64,000 nt of DNA from an uncultured delta proteobacterium. Its GTDB lineage: Bacteria; Desulfobacterota; Desulfobaccia; Desulfobaccales; 0-14-0-80-60-11. The position numbers and the translations under genes are program-made. Within the stretch, counting starts at the first letter, position 1. Each line of letters starts with the position of its first letter. Below are positions 52,739 through 62,664 of this stretch, piece by piece. The stretch spans positions 1,504,001-1,568,000 of the forward strand of contig CAWETI010000002.1 of NCBI GenBank assembly GCA_963812015.1. Reading direction: 5' to 3'. The notes beneath the pieces are model-generated. The model had not been told where the DNA came from, did no database searches, and saw only the letters and a list, made by a program, of their open reading frames with translations.

Positions 52739-54079
52739 TTACTTCGATCCCGGGGCCCGGCGCTGGCGGCCCTTGAGAATGAGGCGCAGCGGGGCGTAGG
52801 TCAGGCCCAGCTTTTCCCGTAATTGCTTTATCAGGAAGCGGCGGTAGTGGTCCGGCACCCCATCGGGCTGGTTGACGAAGGCCACGAAGGTGGGGGGCTG
52901 GGTCTCGGCTTGGGTGAGGTAGAAGAACTTGACGGGGTGATCCCGGTAGCGGGGCGGGGGCAGCCGATCGGTGATCACTTTGAGGAGGCGGTTGAGCTCC
53001 CCGGTGCCCACCCGGGTGCCGCCCTGGGTATGGATCGCCTCGACCAGAGGAAAGACCCGCCTCAGATTGTAGCCGGTCAAGACCGACACGGGCAGGACCG
53101 GGGAGTAGGCCATGAACTCTAGGCCTGAGGTAACTTTATTGAGGATAGCCCGGGCCTCCTTGGTATCATGGCGCACCAGGTCCCACTTGTTCACCAGGAT
53201 GAGGCAGCCCTTGGCCTGGTCCTCGATGAGCCCAATGATGCGTAGGTCCTGGCCGGTGAGGCCTTCGGCCGCGTCCAGCATGAGCACCGCGACGTCGGCC
53301 CGGGCCAGGGCCTTGATGGTCTTCAGAACCATCTGGCGTTCCAGACCGCGGTCCACGTGGCTGGGGCGGCGCAGGCCGGCGGTGTCCACCAGGACGAAGT
53401 CCACGCCGTCACAGGTGAAGGGCGAATCGATGGCGTCCCGGGTAGTGCCGGGTAGGGGGCTCACCAGGAGGCGCTCCTCTCCCAGGAAATAATTGATCAA
53501 GGAGGATTTCCCGACGTTGGGGCGGCCCAGGATGGCGACCCGAATCCCCGGGGTCGGGGCCGGGACCTCCCGGGGCAGAGGCAGGGCTTCCCCCAGGGCC
53601 TCCAGCAAGGTTCCCAGGCCCAGGCCGTGGGTGGCGGACACGGGGTAGAGGGGGTCCAGGCCGAACCGGTAGAACTCCGGCAACTGAGCCTCCAGGCCGG
53701 GGTGGTCCATCTTGTTCACCACTAAGAGGATGGGCTTGGCGGTGCGGCGGAGATAGTCCACCACCTCGTAATCGCCTGCCTGGGGACCCTGGCGGCCGTC
53801 CACGACCAGGAGGATGGCGTCGGCCTCCTCCACCGCGGCTTCGGCCTGCCCCCGCACCTGTCCGGACAGGTCTTCTTCGCCCCCCACCAGGCCGCCGGTA
53901 TCCACCAGCAAAACGGTATGGTCATCCCAGGTGAGGCTGCCGTAATGACGGTCCCGGGTGACCCCGGGGATATTCGCCACCAGGGCCTGGGACGAGCGGG
54001 TGAGGCGGTTGAAGAGGGTGGACTTCCCCACATTGGCCCGGCCGATAATGGCCACCATCGGTTGCTCGGCCGGAACCAT
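52739..54079 (-). CDS. der: Ribosome biogenesis GTPase Der
   Basis: Two G-domains (GRANVGKS, GRPNVGKS; DTGG/DTAG; NKMD/NKWD) plus KH-like C-terminus. Confidence 0.98.
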   Translation of the reverse strand: MVPAEQPMVAIIGRANVGKSTLFNRLTRSSQALVANIPGVTRDRHYGSLTWDDHTVLLVDTGGLVGGEEDLSGQVRGQAEAAVEEADAILLVVDGRQGPQAGDYEVVDYLRRTAKPILLVVNKMDHPGLEAQLPEFYRFGLDPLYPVSATHGLGLGTLLEALGEALPLPREVPAPTPGIRVAILGRPNVGKSSLINYFLGEERLLVSPLPGTTRDAIDSPFTCDGVDFVLVDTAGLRRPSHVDRGLERQMVLKTIKALARADVAVLMLDAAEGLTGQDLRIIGLIEDQAKGCLILVNKWDLVRHDTKEARAILNKVTSGLEFMAYSPVLPVSVLTGYNLRRVFPLVEAIHTQGGTRVGTGELNRLLKVITDRLPPPRYRDHPVKFFYLTQAETQPPTFVAFVNQPDGVPDHYRRFLIKQLREKLGLTYAPLRLILKGRQRRAPGSK

Positions 54080-54081
54080 GG

Positions 54082-55443
54082 TTATTTCTCGGGGGTCTGG
54101 CCCAGGGCCATATTTTTGGGAGGCCAGTGGCGGAGCAACTCTACGGCGCGCTTCAGTTGGGGATCTTTATCCAGCTCCTCCGGGGTAATGGGCTGGTTCC
54201 AGGGCTTATCGGTCAAACCTTCCTGGCGCATGTGCCGGGAGAGGATTTCGTCCCGCTGCTTCTGCAGCGACTCATCCTGCGGGGGAGCCTTATCTTCCAC
54301 CACCACGTCGGGTTGGATACCCTTCTCGTTAATGGTAACCCCGCTGGGGGTATAATACAGGGCGGTGGTCAGACGCAGGGCGGAGCCATCGTCTAAGGGG
54401 ATGATGGTCTGGACCGAGCCCTTGCCGAAGCTCTTGGTACCCACGATCAGGGCCCGCTTCTGGTCTTTGAGGGCTCCGGCGACAATCTCGGAGGCCGAGG
54501 CGCTGCCCTCATTAATGAGAATCACCATAGGGGCCGAGGCCAACTTGCCTTCCTGACCGGCCCGGGCATAAAACCGCATGTTCTGGACCCGGTTGCGTCC
54601 TTCGGTGTAAACGATCAGGCCGGACTTCAAAAATTCGTCGGAGACGCGCACTGCCTGCTCCAGCAAGCCGCCGGGATCGTTGCGCAGATCCAGAATCAGC
54701 CCCTTGAAAGGCGTGAGGCGCTGCTTCATCTTTTTGAGGTAGGCCTGGAGATCGTGATCGGTTTGATCCTGAAAATTGGTGACCCGGATGTAACCGATAC
54801 CGTCGTCCAGGATGCGGGCCTTGACGCTGTGGATGGGGATGATTTCCCGGATGATCGCGAAAGCCTTGGGCTGCTGGAAGCCCTCCCGGTTAATGGTGAG
54901 GGTCACCTTGCTCCCTTTGGGCCCCCGAATCATCTTCACGGCTTCCATGATGGTGATATTCTTGGTAGGTTTGCCGTCGATCTTGATGATCTGATCGCCG
55001 GCCTTCAGACCGGCCTGATAGGCCGGGGTGCCTTCAATGGGGGAGACCACCGTCAAGGTGCGGTCCTTCAAGGCAATTTCGATGCCGATGCCGCTGAACT
55101 TCCCCTTGGTTTCGATCTGCAATTCCCGGAACTCATCCGGAGTCATGAAGGATGAATGGGGGTCCAGGGTTCCCACCGCGCCCTGGATGGCGCCGTAGAC
55201 CAGGTCTTTGGTAGTTTTGGACTCGGCATACTGTTCTTCAATGAGGGCCAGAGCCTGGGCGAACACCTTTAACTTGGCGTCGCTGATGGGAGAGGGCGAG
55301 AGCGACGCTTCCAGACTCTTGGCGGTTTCCGGGACATTCGGGTTCTGGCCGAAGACCGCCACGGGCCCGGTGAGGCCCCAGCCGATTACCAACCCTAAAA
55401 CCAGTGCCACGCCACCCCAAAGCCACGATTTCCGTAACATCAT
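54082..55443 (-). CDS. ctpA: Carboxyl-terminal processing protease, S41A (active-site residues intact)
   Basis: LDPHS, PDZ SGIGI, DLRNDPGG, SASASEI (Ser), FGKGSVQ (Lys, Gln). Confidence 0.95.
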   Translation of the reverse strand: MMLRKSWLWGGVALVLGLVIGWGLTGPVAVFGQNPNVPETAKSLEASLSPSPISDAKLKVFAQALALIEEQYAESKTTKDLVYGAIQGAVGTLDPHSSFMTPDEFRELQIETKGKFSGIGIEIALKDRTLTVVSPIEGTPAYQAGLKAGDQIIKIDGKPTKNITIMEAVKMIRGPKGSKVTLTINREGFQQPKAFAIIREIIPIHSVKARILDDGIGYIRVTNFQDQTDHDLQAYLKKMKQRLTPFKGLILDLRNDPGGLLEQAVRVSDEFLKSGLIVYTEGRNRVQNMRFYARAGQEGKLASAPMVILINEGSASASEIVAGALKDQKRALIVGTKSFGKGSVQTIIPLDDGSALRLTTALYYTPSGVTINEKGIQPDVVVEDKAPPQDESLQKQRDEILSRHMRQEGLTDKPWNQPITPEELDKDPQLKRAVELLRHWPPKNMALGQTPEK

Positions 55444-55527
55444 TTACCTCTATCACGTTGATGCGTAGGTAAGGCTCGGCAGGGGATTATTCATCGCAGT
55501 TGTCGGCCTTCCTGCTTGCTAGTGCTC

Positions 55528-56790
55528 TTAAGAAGTCTGTTTTTTTTGAGCCCCCACCTTGGGTTTTCCGGAAGTCAACACCTCCACCGCCTGCTGTACC
55601 CAGGGGTCCTCTTCCGGAGTCATCTCTTTTGGGGGGGCCTTGGCGTGAGTCTTGTCGGCCTCGGGGGTTTTCCCCGGGACCTCGGGTTCAAGGCCTTTCC
55701 CCTGGATTTTATCCCCTTTGGGGGTATAACACTGAGCCACGGTCATCACCAGGGCGGAGCCGTCATCCAGGGGGAAGGTTTTGGTGAGGCCGCACAGCCC
55801 CAGGGTCTTGGCCCCCAGCAAGGTGGCGCGGGCTTGGTCCCGGAGGGCCCCGGCTATGATCTCAGCCGCCCGGGCGGTCCCCTGGTCCACCAGCACCACT
55901 ATGGGAGGCAAGGTTTTGAAAATCTGATCCCGGTCTTTGCCCTTGAACGATTCTTCGGTCTTGGAGGAGCGCCCTTTGGCAAGGAGGACTGGCTGGTCAC
56001 CCAGGAAGAGGGAGGCGCTGCGCACCGCGTCCTCCATGGTGCCCCGGGCGTTGTTGCGCAAGTCCAGGATAATGCCCCGAACCGACGGTTGATGCTGCTT
56101 GATTTTTTTCAAGGCCGAGTCCAACTCCACCGGCGTTTCGTTGTTGAAATAACGGATACGAATATAGGCGACGTTGTTATCCAAATACCGATTCGTGACG
56201 GTGCTCAATCCCAGGGGCTCCAGGGTGACGGTCAGATCCAGGGGTTTGACCTCGCCGTTACGGAGCACTTGCAGCTTAAGCTTGGTGTTGGGGGGGCCTT
56301 GAAAGCGCCGGGCGGCCTCCTGGGTCGTGAGGTTGCGCACCATTTGCCCATCGATCTTGGAAATGTAGTCGTCGGCCTTCACGCCGGCCCGGGCGGCGGG
56401 GCCGTCATCGATGACGCTGGCCACGATGACGAGGTTGTTCTTGACGATCAACTCCAATCCGGCTTCAGCCGAGGCGCCTTTTTGACCGTGGAGATAGCCC
56501 TGATATTCCTTGGCCGTAAGAAATGAGGAGTCCGAGTCCAGGGAATTCATCATCCCCCTGAGGGAGCCGTAAATCAACTCATCTTCATTTTTGGGCCAGA
56601 CATATTTCTGGGAGACCTCGAAGAGAGCCTCGGTGTAGAGGCGCAGCGAGTCATAGTTGGAAGTGGGGGCGGCCCAGGCCGGCATCAGAAAATACGCCGT
56701 CAGGGCTATGACTGTTATGATCACTCCCAATCGCAGGGATGACTTGAGCCATCCGGGACCTGAGGTTTTTAACACCTTGAGCTGCTTCAC
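55528..56790 (-). CDS. S41A protease paralog lacking catalytic residues
   Basis: Same architecture but TARAAEI and LGLCGLT at the catalytic positions. Confidence 0.9.
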   Translation of the reverse strand: MKQLKVLKTSGPGWLKSSLRLGVIITVIALTAYFLMPAWAAPTSNYDSLRLYTEALFEVSQKYVWPKNEDELIYGSLRGMMNSLDSDSSFLTAKEYQGYLHGQKGASAEAGLELIVKNNLVIVASVIDDGPAARAGVKADDYISKIDGQMVRNLTTQEAARRFQGPPNTKLKLQVLRNGEVKPLDLTVTLEPLGLSTVTNRYLDNNVAYIRIRYFNNETPVELDSALKKIKQHQPSVRGIILDLRNNARGTMEDAVRSASLFLGDQPVLLAKGRSSKTEESFKGKDRDQIFKTLPPIVVLVDQGTARAAEIIAGALRDQARATLLGAKTLGLCGLTKTFPLDDGSALVMTVAQCYTPKGDKIQGKGLEPEVPGKTPEADKTHAKAPPKEMTPEEDPWVQQAVEVLTSGKPKVGAQKKQTS

Positions 56791-56800
56791 GGTAAGAACG

Positions 56801-57796
56801 TTACCTCCCTGCCAGGGTGGGGGCTTGAAGATCCAGAACCGGCGAGGCCAGATGGCCGGCCTTCCGGGACATGACCTTGAGGGCCGCCTGTTTGATATCG
56901 TCAGCGGTTAGGCCGTAATGTTTTAAGAGATCAGCGGGTTGCCCGGACATGCCGAAGGTGTCCCTCAGGCCGATGCGTTGTAAGGGCGCCGGGCAGTGCT
57001 CGCTGAGGATTTCGCTCACCGCGCTGCCCAGACCGCCGCTGACCATGTGTTCTTCGGCGGTGACCAGGGCCCCGGTGCGCCGGGCCGAATCCACCACCAA
57101 CTCCCAGTCCAGGGGTTTGAGACAGGAGAGGTTGACGACCCGGGCGGCGATATTCTCCTGGGCCAGCATAGCGGCGGCGTCGAGACAGGCCTGGACCATG
57201 ATGCCGATCCCCATCAGGGTCACGTCCCGGCCCTCCCGCAGGACGGTCCCCCGTCCCAACTCAAAGGTATAGGTGTCGTCGTAGATCAGCGGCACGGCCA
57301 TGCGGCCGGTGCGCATGTAGACCGGGCCGTGGTAGCCGGCGGCCCAACGGGTCATGGCCCGGGTTTCGGGGCCATCGGCCGGCACCAGCACCACCATATT
57401 GGGCAGGATGCGCATCAGGGCCAGGTCTTCCAGGGCCTGATGGGAGCCGCCGTCTTCCCCCACCGTCACGCCGCCATGGGAGGCGACGATCTTGACGTTG
57501 AGGTTGCCGTAGGCGATGGTTTGGCGGATCTGCTCCCAGGCGCGGCCGGTGGCAAACATGGCGAAGGTGCTGGCAAAGGGAATTTTGCCTCCCAGGGCCA
57601 GGCCCGCGGCGGTGCCCATGAGATCCTGCTCGGCGATGCCCATGTTAAAAAACCGGTCCTTGAAGACTTTGGCGAAATGGTGAGTCTGAGTGGAGCCGGA
57701 AAGATCCGCGTCCAACACCACGATCAGGGGGTTTTCGGCCCCCAACTGGGCCAGGGTCTTACCGTATTCGACTCGGGTGCTCTCTTTGGCAGACAA
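56801..57796 (-). CDS. Transketolase C-terminal subunit
   Basis: DADLSGST, NMGIAEQ, VGEDGGSHQ, EEH..SGGLGS; TTG 57796 after GAGG. Confidence 0.95.
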   Translation of the reverse strand: MSAKESTRVEYGKTLAQLGAENPLIVVLDADLSGSTQTHHFAKVFKDRFFNMGIAEQDLMGTAAGLALGGKIPFASTFAMFATGRAWEQIRQTIAYGNLNVKIVASHGGVTVGEDGGSHQALEDLALMRILPNMVVLVPADGPETRAMTRWAAGYHGPVYMRTGRMAVPLIYDDTYTFELGRGTVLREGRDVTLMGIGIMVQACLDAAAMLAQENIAARVVNLSCLKPLDWELVVDSARRTGALVTAEEHMVSGGLGSAVSEILSEHCPAPLQRIGLRDTFGMSGQPADLLKHYGLTADDIKQAALKVMSRKAGHLASPVLDLQAPTLAGR

Positions 57797-57873
57797 ATTA
57801 TGCCTCAACTCTTTATATTATGGCGTCCTGGCGGGGAAAATATATTGCCCCGAGGCGCAAAGGTGCAAAGAAG

Positions 57874-58698
57874 TTATCCACCCAACTCCTGCATGGCCCG
57901 CTGATATTCTTCCGGATTCGGGGCGGCGCCGTGATATTTTTTCTGGCCTTCGAAGATGGACACGCCCTTGCCTTTGACGGTATGGGCGATGATCATGCTG
58001 GGCTGTCCTTTTACCCCCTGGCAGGTCTTGAAGGCCTCCAGGAGCTGGGAGATATCGTGGCCGTCCACCTCGAGGGTGTGCCAGCCAAAAGCTTTCCACT
58101 TATCGGCGATGGGCTCGATACTCATGATCTCAGCGGTATGGCCGTCAATCTGGATGAGGTTGCGGTCCAGGATGCCCACCAGATTGTCCAGCCGGTAGTG
58201 GGCCGCACTCATGGCCGCCTCCCAGATCTGGCCTTCCTGCACTTCCCCATCTCCCATCAGGACGTAGACCCGGCTGTGGTGGCCGTTCAAGCGGCTCGCC
58301 AGGGCCAGACCGTTGGCGATGGACAGGCCCTGTCCCAGGGAACCGGTGGGGATTTCCACCCCGGGGGTGCAGCCGGGATCGGGATGCCCCTGCAAAATGC
58401 TGCCAAACTGGCGCAGGGTAAAGAGTTCCTCCCGGGGAAAATAACCCAGACGGGTCAGGATGGCGTAATAGGCCGGGGCCCCGTGACCCTTGGACAGGAT
58501 AAACCGATCCCGGTCGATCCAGCAGGGATCACCGGCCTTGGCGCGCATCTCGCCGAAAAAGAGCGCCACCAGGATATCGGTGGCCGAAAGGGAGCCGCCC
58601 AGGTGCCCGGAACCGGCGCGGTAGAGCATCTCAATGATGTCGACGCGCACCTGTCGGGCGATTTCTTTAAGGTGGGATTGGTCCGGGATGGCGTTCAT
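57874..58698 (-). CDS. Transketolase N-terminal subunit
   Basis: SGHLGGSLS, RDRFILSKGH, LQGHP, TGSLGQG, TPP motif GDGE...N. Confidence 0.96.
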   Translation of the reverse strand: MNAIPDQSHLKEIARQVRVDIIEMLYRAGSGHLGGSLSATDILVALFFGEMRAKAGDPCWIDRDRFILSKGHGAPAYYAILTRLGYFPREELFTLRQFGSILQGHPDPGCTPGVEIPTGSLGQGLSIANGLALASRLNGHHSRVYVLMGDGEVQEGQIWEAAMSAAHYRLDNLVGILDRNLIQIDGHTAEIMSIEPIADKWKAFGWHTLEVDGHDISQLLEAFKTCQGVKGQPSMIIAHTVKGKGVSIFEGQKKYHGAAPNPEEYQRAMQELGG

Positions 58699-59304
58699 CT
58701 CCTTTCAGTCGGTCATTTCAGGAAGCACAGGGGTGGATGGGCAATCTCCATCCGGCCCCGGGTAAAATCCCGAACCTGGCGCCAGCCGTGGCTGGATAAA
58801 AAACTTTCCCGGCAAATTTCCAGGAAGGGAGGCTGCGTCCGCATTTCAGCCCTTCTCCCCGGTTTCGGGGAATGCCGGATTTCCTGAAATCTCGGTAGCG
58901 GGCCACGCGGCGCCTGGGATAGATCCCCCGAATTGTTGATATTATGATTAACTATATCGTAAGGGCAATGCTTTTTCCACCCTAATGCCAAAAATTCCTG
59001 TCCCCTGGGATAACTATTTCATATTCTTAAGATTGTTTTTAGACCGGTTTTGTTAAAGGCCGGCAATTTTTCAGGGCTCATGGGAGCAAAAAATTGTGAG
59101 ACAGACCGGCGGCGGGGGGCGGTTTCTGCCGAAAGGGAGATTATCTCGGCCGGAGGATTTCTCTTGGTTCCCACCTCATCCTTGCAGTATATAATAAGGA
59201 TTGGCAAAAATTCGCCCGGACCCGGCCGGCAGGCAGATGGCCGGTTTCCGTGAAGCCGCCGGGGTGCGGCGGCGGCCTGGCTGGGCGACAGTAGGGAGAA
59301 CTCC

Positions 59305-59589
59305 ATGGCCTTGACCCGAGAGGAAGTGCTCCACGTGGCCGATCTGGCCCGGTTGAGTCTGGCTCCGGCTGAGATTGAACTCTTCACCCGACAGCTCAAT
59401 GACATTTTGGCCTACGTCGAGAAGTTGCAGGAACTGGACACCGAAGGGGTTCCACCCCTGGCCCACGTGATTCCGGTGTTCAACGTCTTCCGGGAGGATG
59501 TCGTCAGGGACGGGCTTGACCGGGATTCTGCCCTTGACAACGGACCGGCCCGGGAAGAGGGCGCCTTTGTCGTGCCCCGGGTCATTTGA
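59305..59589 (+). CDS. gatC: Asp/Glu-tRNA amidotransferase subunit C
   Basis: EVLHVADLARL, ILAYVEKL.ELDT, FVVPRVI. Confidence 0.96.
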   Translation: MALTREEVLHVADLARLSLAPAEIELFTRQLNDILAYVEKLQELDTEGVPPLAHVIPVFNVFREDVVRDGLDRDSALDNGPAREEGAFVVPRVI

Positions 59590-59592
59590 GAA

Positions 59593-59627
59593 GGTTTCCG
59601 GTTTTCGGTTTTCGGTGAAAAGCACAA
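59593..59627. repeat. Heptamer-repeat arm matching 2999-3032
   Basis: GGTTTCC GGTTTTC GGTTTTC GGTGAAAAGCACAAG. Confidence 0.8.
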
Positions 59628-59637
59628 GGTGGTTTGA

Positions 59638-61098
59638 ATGACGGAACCTTTATATAGTCTGAGTATCAGTCGGCTGGCGCCGATGTTGGCCAGGGGTGAG
59701 GTATCGCCGCTGGAGGTGACCGAGGCTATGCTTACCCGCATTAAGGAACGGGACGGCGAACTCAACACCTATATCACCGTGGATGAGGCCGGGGCCCGGG
59801 CCATGGCCCAGGAGGCCGCGACTCGATTCAAGCAAGGTGAGGCCACGCCGCTGATGGGCATTCCTCTGGGCCTCAAAGACGTTATGGTCACCCGGGGTCT
59901 GAGAACCACCTGCGGCTCCCGGATCCTGGCGAACTTCATCCCCCCCTATGACGCCACGGTGTGCGCCCGGCTGCGCCAGGCCGGGGCGGTGTTCTTGGGC
60001 AAGGTCAACATGGATGAGTTCGCCATGGGATCAAGCACGGAGAACTCGGCCTTTGGGCCCTCCCGCAATCCCTGGAATCGGGATTATATCCCCGGCGGGT
60101 CCTCCGGAGGATCGGCGGCGGCGGTGGCCGCGGACTTGTGCATCGGCTCGCTGGGCTCCGACACCGGCGGCTCCATCCGGCAGCCCGCCTCCCTGTGCGG
60201 GGTGGTGGGCTTGAAGCCGACCTATGGGCGGGTCTCCCGGTACGGGCTGGTGGCCTACGCCTCCTCCCTGGACCAGATCGGCCCCCTCACGAAAGAAGTG
60301 CGGGATGCGGCCATCCTGCTCCAGGCCATTGCCGGCCACGATCCCAAGGACTCCACCTCGGTGGCGGCGCCTGTGCCGAATTACCAGGAGATGCTGGGCC
60401 GGGAGATCAAAGGCATGAAGGTCGGGGTGCCCCGGGAATTTTTCGGGGTCGGGCTGGACCCGGAGGTGGAAGCCGCGGTGCAGGAGGCTTTGAAGACCCT
60501 GACCGGCCTGGGGGCGGAACTCATCGAGATCAGCCTGCCCCACACCGAGTACGCGGTGGCCACCTACTACGTCCTGGCGGTGGCCGAAGCCTCCTCCAAC
60601 CTGGCCCGCTATGACGGGGTGAAATACGGCTTCCGGGCCGAAGGCAAGAATTTACTGGAAATGTATTCCCAAACCCGGTCCCAGGGATTCGGGGCCGAGG
60701 TGCGGCGGCGGATTATGCTGGGGACGTATACTTTATCTGCCGGCTATTATGATGCCTATTATAAAAAAGCTTCCCAGGTGCGGGCCTTGATCCGCAGAGA
60801 CTTTGAGGCCGCGTTTGGGCAGTGCGAGGTGATCGCTACGCCCGTGGCTCCCACCCCGGCCTTCCGTCTAGGGGAAAAGGTGGATGATCCGCTGACTATG
60901 TACTTATCGGACATCTTCACCATTTCCGCCAACCTGGGTGGGATTCCCGGCATTTCGGTGCCCTGCGGTTTTTCTTCCCGGGGCCTGCCCATCGGCCTGC
61001 AACTCATGGGACCGGCGTTCGGGGAGGCGGACTTGCTCAAAGCGGCGTATGCCTTCGAGCAGGCCACCGACTTCCACCGCCGCAAACCTCCCTTTTAG
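59638..61098 (+). CDS. gatA: Asp/Glu-tRNA amidotransferase subunit A
   Basis: [48 protein letters not shown]. Confidence 0.98.
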   Translation: MTEPLYSLSISRLAPMLARGEVSPLEVTEAMLTRIKERDGELNTYITVDEAGARAMAQEAATRFKQGEATPLMGIPLGLKDVMVTRGLRTTCGSRILANFIPPYDATVCARLRQAGAVFLGKVNMDEFAMGSSTENSAFGPSRNPWNRDYIPGGSSGGSAAAVAADLCIGSLGSDTGGSIRQPASLCGVVGLKPTYGRVSRYGLVAYASSLDQIGPLTKEVRDAAILLQAIAGHDPKDSTSVAAPVPNYQEMLGREIKGMKVGVPREFFGVGLDPEVEAAVQEALKTLTGLGAELIEISLPHTEYAVATYYVLAVAEASSNLARYDGVKYGFRAEGKNLLEMYSQTRSQGFGAEVRRRIMLGTYTLSAGYYDAYYKKASQVRALIRRDFEAAFGQCEVIATPVAPTPAFRLGEKVDDPLTMYLSDIFTISANLGGIPGISVPCGFSSRGLPIGLQLMGPAFGEADLLKAAYAFEQATDFHRRKPPF

Positions 61099-61317
61099 GT
61101 TTCCCTACAGCGTCTGCCGGGGCTGGGGCAGACTACAAGGCATTGGAGGGCTTGGGCCCGGCGGGCTTGCATTAACGAATCGAGGCTTATATCATCTGAT
61201 ATCACGAGGCAGGTCCGGGGGCGCCGGCAAGCTGGGCGGCGCGGCCCAGGCTGCCTCCGGGTGACCGGAGCGCGGGGTCGTCTCCCCAGCGCTTTGTTAA
61301 TGAGGTGAAGTTCAAGC

Positions 61318-62661
61318 ATGCGGCAGACATCCAGGAAAATCGAGGCGCTCTTGTTGTTTATCGCCGTCATGGTTTCGGGTCCCGGGGCCGCGGCCGCGGC
61401 CGAGATGGGCGGGAGCCTCACTCTGAACCAGGCGGTTGACATCGCCATGGGACAACATCCGGCCATCAAGGAGTCCCGGGAAAATGTGGCCGCGGCCCGC
61501 TATAATATCGGGGTGGCCCGGGCCGCCTATTTACCCCAGGTCAATTTTGTGACGAATTATTATTACGGCAACGCCTATCCCGGTTATTCCAGTACTTCCA
61601 GTACCTCGCGAGTCACTGGAACGGCCGGCAGTATTGGCGGGCTCGGGGTGACCAATTTTTATCTTTATCAATTTCAGGCGAATCAACTGATCTACGACTT
61701 TGGCAAAACTCCTGGCCTGATCCACGAGTCCCGGGCCTCCTTTGGCCAGACGCAGCAGGATTACGCCGGCAACCGGCAACAGGTGGCGCTGGACGCCCGC
61801 ACCGCCTATTTCGGCTATCTAGCCGCCCAGCGGGCCGAAAAAGTCCAGGAAGAAACGGTGCGGCAAAACCAGGAATTGTTAAAGCAGGCCCAGGGGTTTT
61901 ATAAGGTGGGCCTCAAGGCCAAGATCGATGTGACCAAGGCCGAGGCCAACCTCTACGACGCCGAGGCCAACCTCATCAAAGCCAAGAACGCCGTGGACCT
62001 GTCCCGGGTCACCCTGATGACCGCCCTGGGATTGAAGACCTGGCCATTTAGCCAGGTGGAGGACGTGCTGGAAGTCCAGGCGCAGCCCCGGTCTCTGGAA
62101 GAACTGAAGTCCCAGGCCCTGGAGCGGCGGCCGGAACTGTTGAAAAATCGCTACCAGCAAGACTTTAACCAGGCCGGCATTAAAGTGGCTCAGGCCGGCT
62201 ATTTCCCCGTGCTGACTTCCACCGCAGCCTACGGCTGGCAGAGTGTCGCTCAACCGTTTGCCACCTTGCCCAGCAACTGGTATGTGGGCGCGGCGATGAC
62301 GGTGCCGTTGTTCGAGGGCTTGGCCACGACCTATGCGGTCAACCAGAATAAAGCGCAACTGCGGGCTACCCTGGAAAATAGCGAAGTGCTGCGGCAGAAC
62401 GTCAACAAAGAAGTGGAGCAGGCCTACCTGGATGTCAAGTCGGGTTGGGAGTTGATCCGGGCTTCCAAGAAGGCCCTGGAGGCGGCCCGGGAAAACCTGC
62501 GCCTGGCCTGGGGCCGCTACCAGGCGGGGGTCAGCACCATCATCGAAGTCACCGACGCCCAGGTACAATTTTCCCAGGCAGATTTGAAATTCGTACAGGC
62601 CCTCTATGATTATCGGGTATATGAGGCCAGGCTGGATAAGGCCATCGGCAAGCCGTACTAG
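61318..62661 (+). CDS. TolC-family outer membrane efflux protein
   Basis: Signal peptide, two OEP repeats (YLPQV / YFPVL, QLIYDFG / VPLFEG, RYQAG). Confidence 0.93.
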   Translation: MRQTSRKIEALLLFIAVMVSGPGAAAAAEMGGSLTLNQAVDIAMGQHPAIKESRENVAAARYNIGVARAAYLPQVNFVTNYYYGNAYPGYSSTSSTSRVTGTAGSIGGLGVTNFYLYQFQANQLIYDFGKTPGLIHESRASFGQTQQDYAGNRQQVALDARTAYFGYLAAQRAEKVQEETVRQNQELLKQAQGFYKVGLKAKIDVTKAEANLYDAEANLIKAKNAVDLSRVTLMTALGLKTWPFSQVEDVLEVQAQPRSLEELKSQALERRPELLKNRYQQDFNQAGIKVAQAGYFPVLTSTAAYGWQSVAQPFATLPSNWYVGAAMTVPLFEGLATTYAVNQNKAQLRATLENSEVLRQNVNKEVEQAYLDVKSGWELIRASKKALEAARENLRLAWGRYQAGVSTIIEVTDAQVQFSQADLKFVQALYDYRVYEARLDKAIGKPY

Positions 62662-62664
62662 GCC

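Noticed and set aside
58713..59253. Short ORFs in the tkt-gatC divergent region
   Set aside because: No RBS or motifs; they overlap promoter-like and hairpin sequences.
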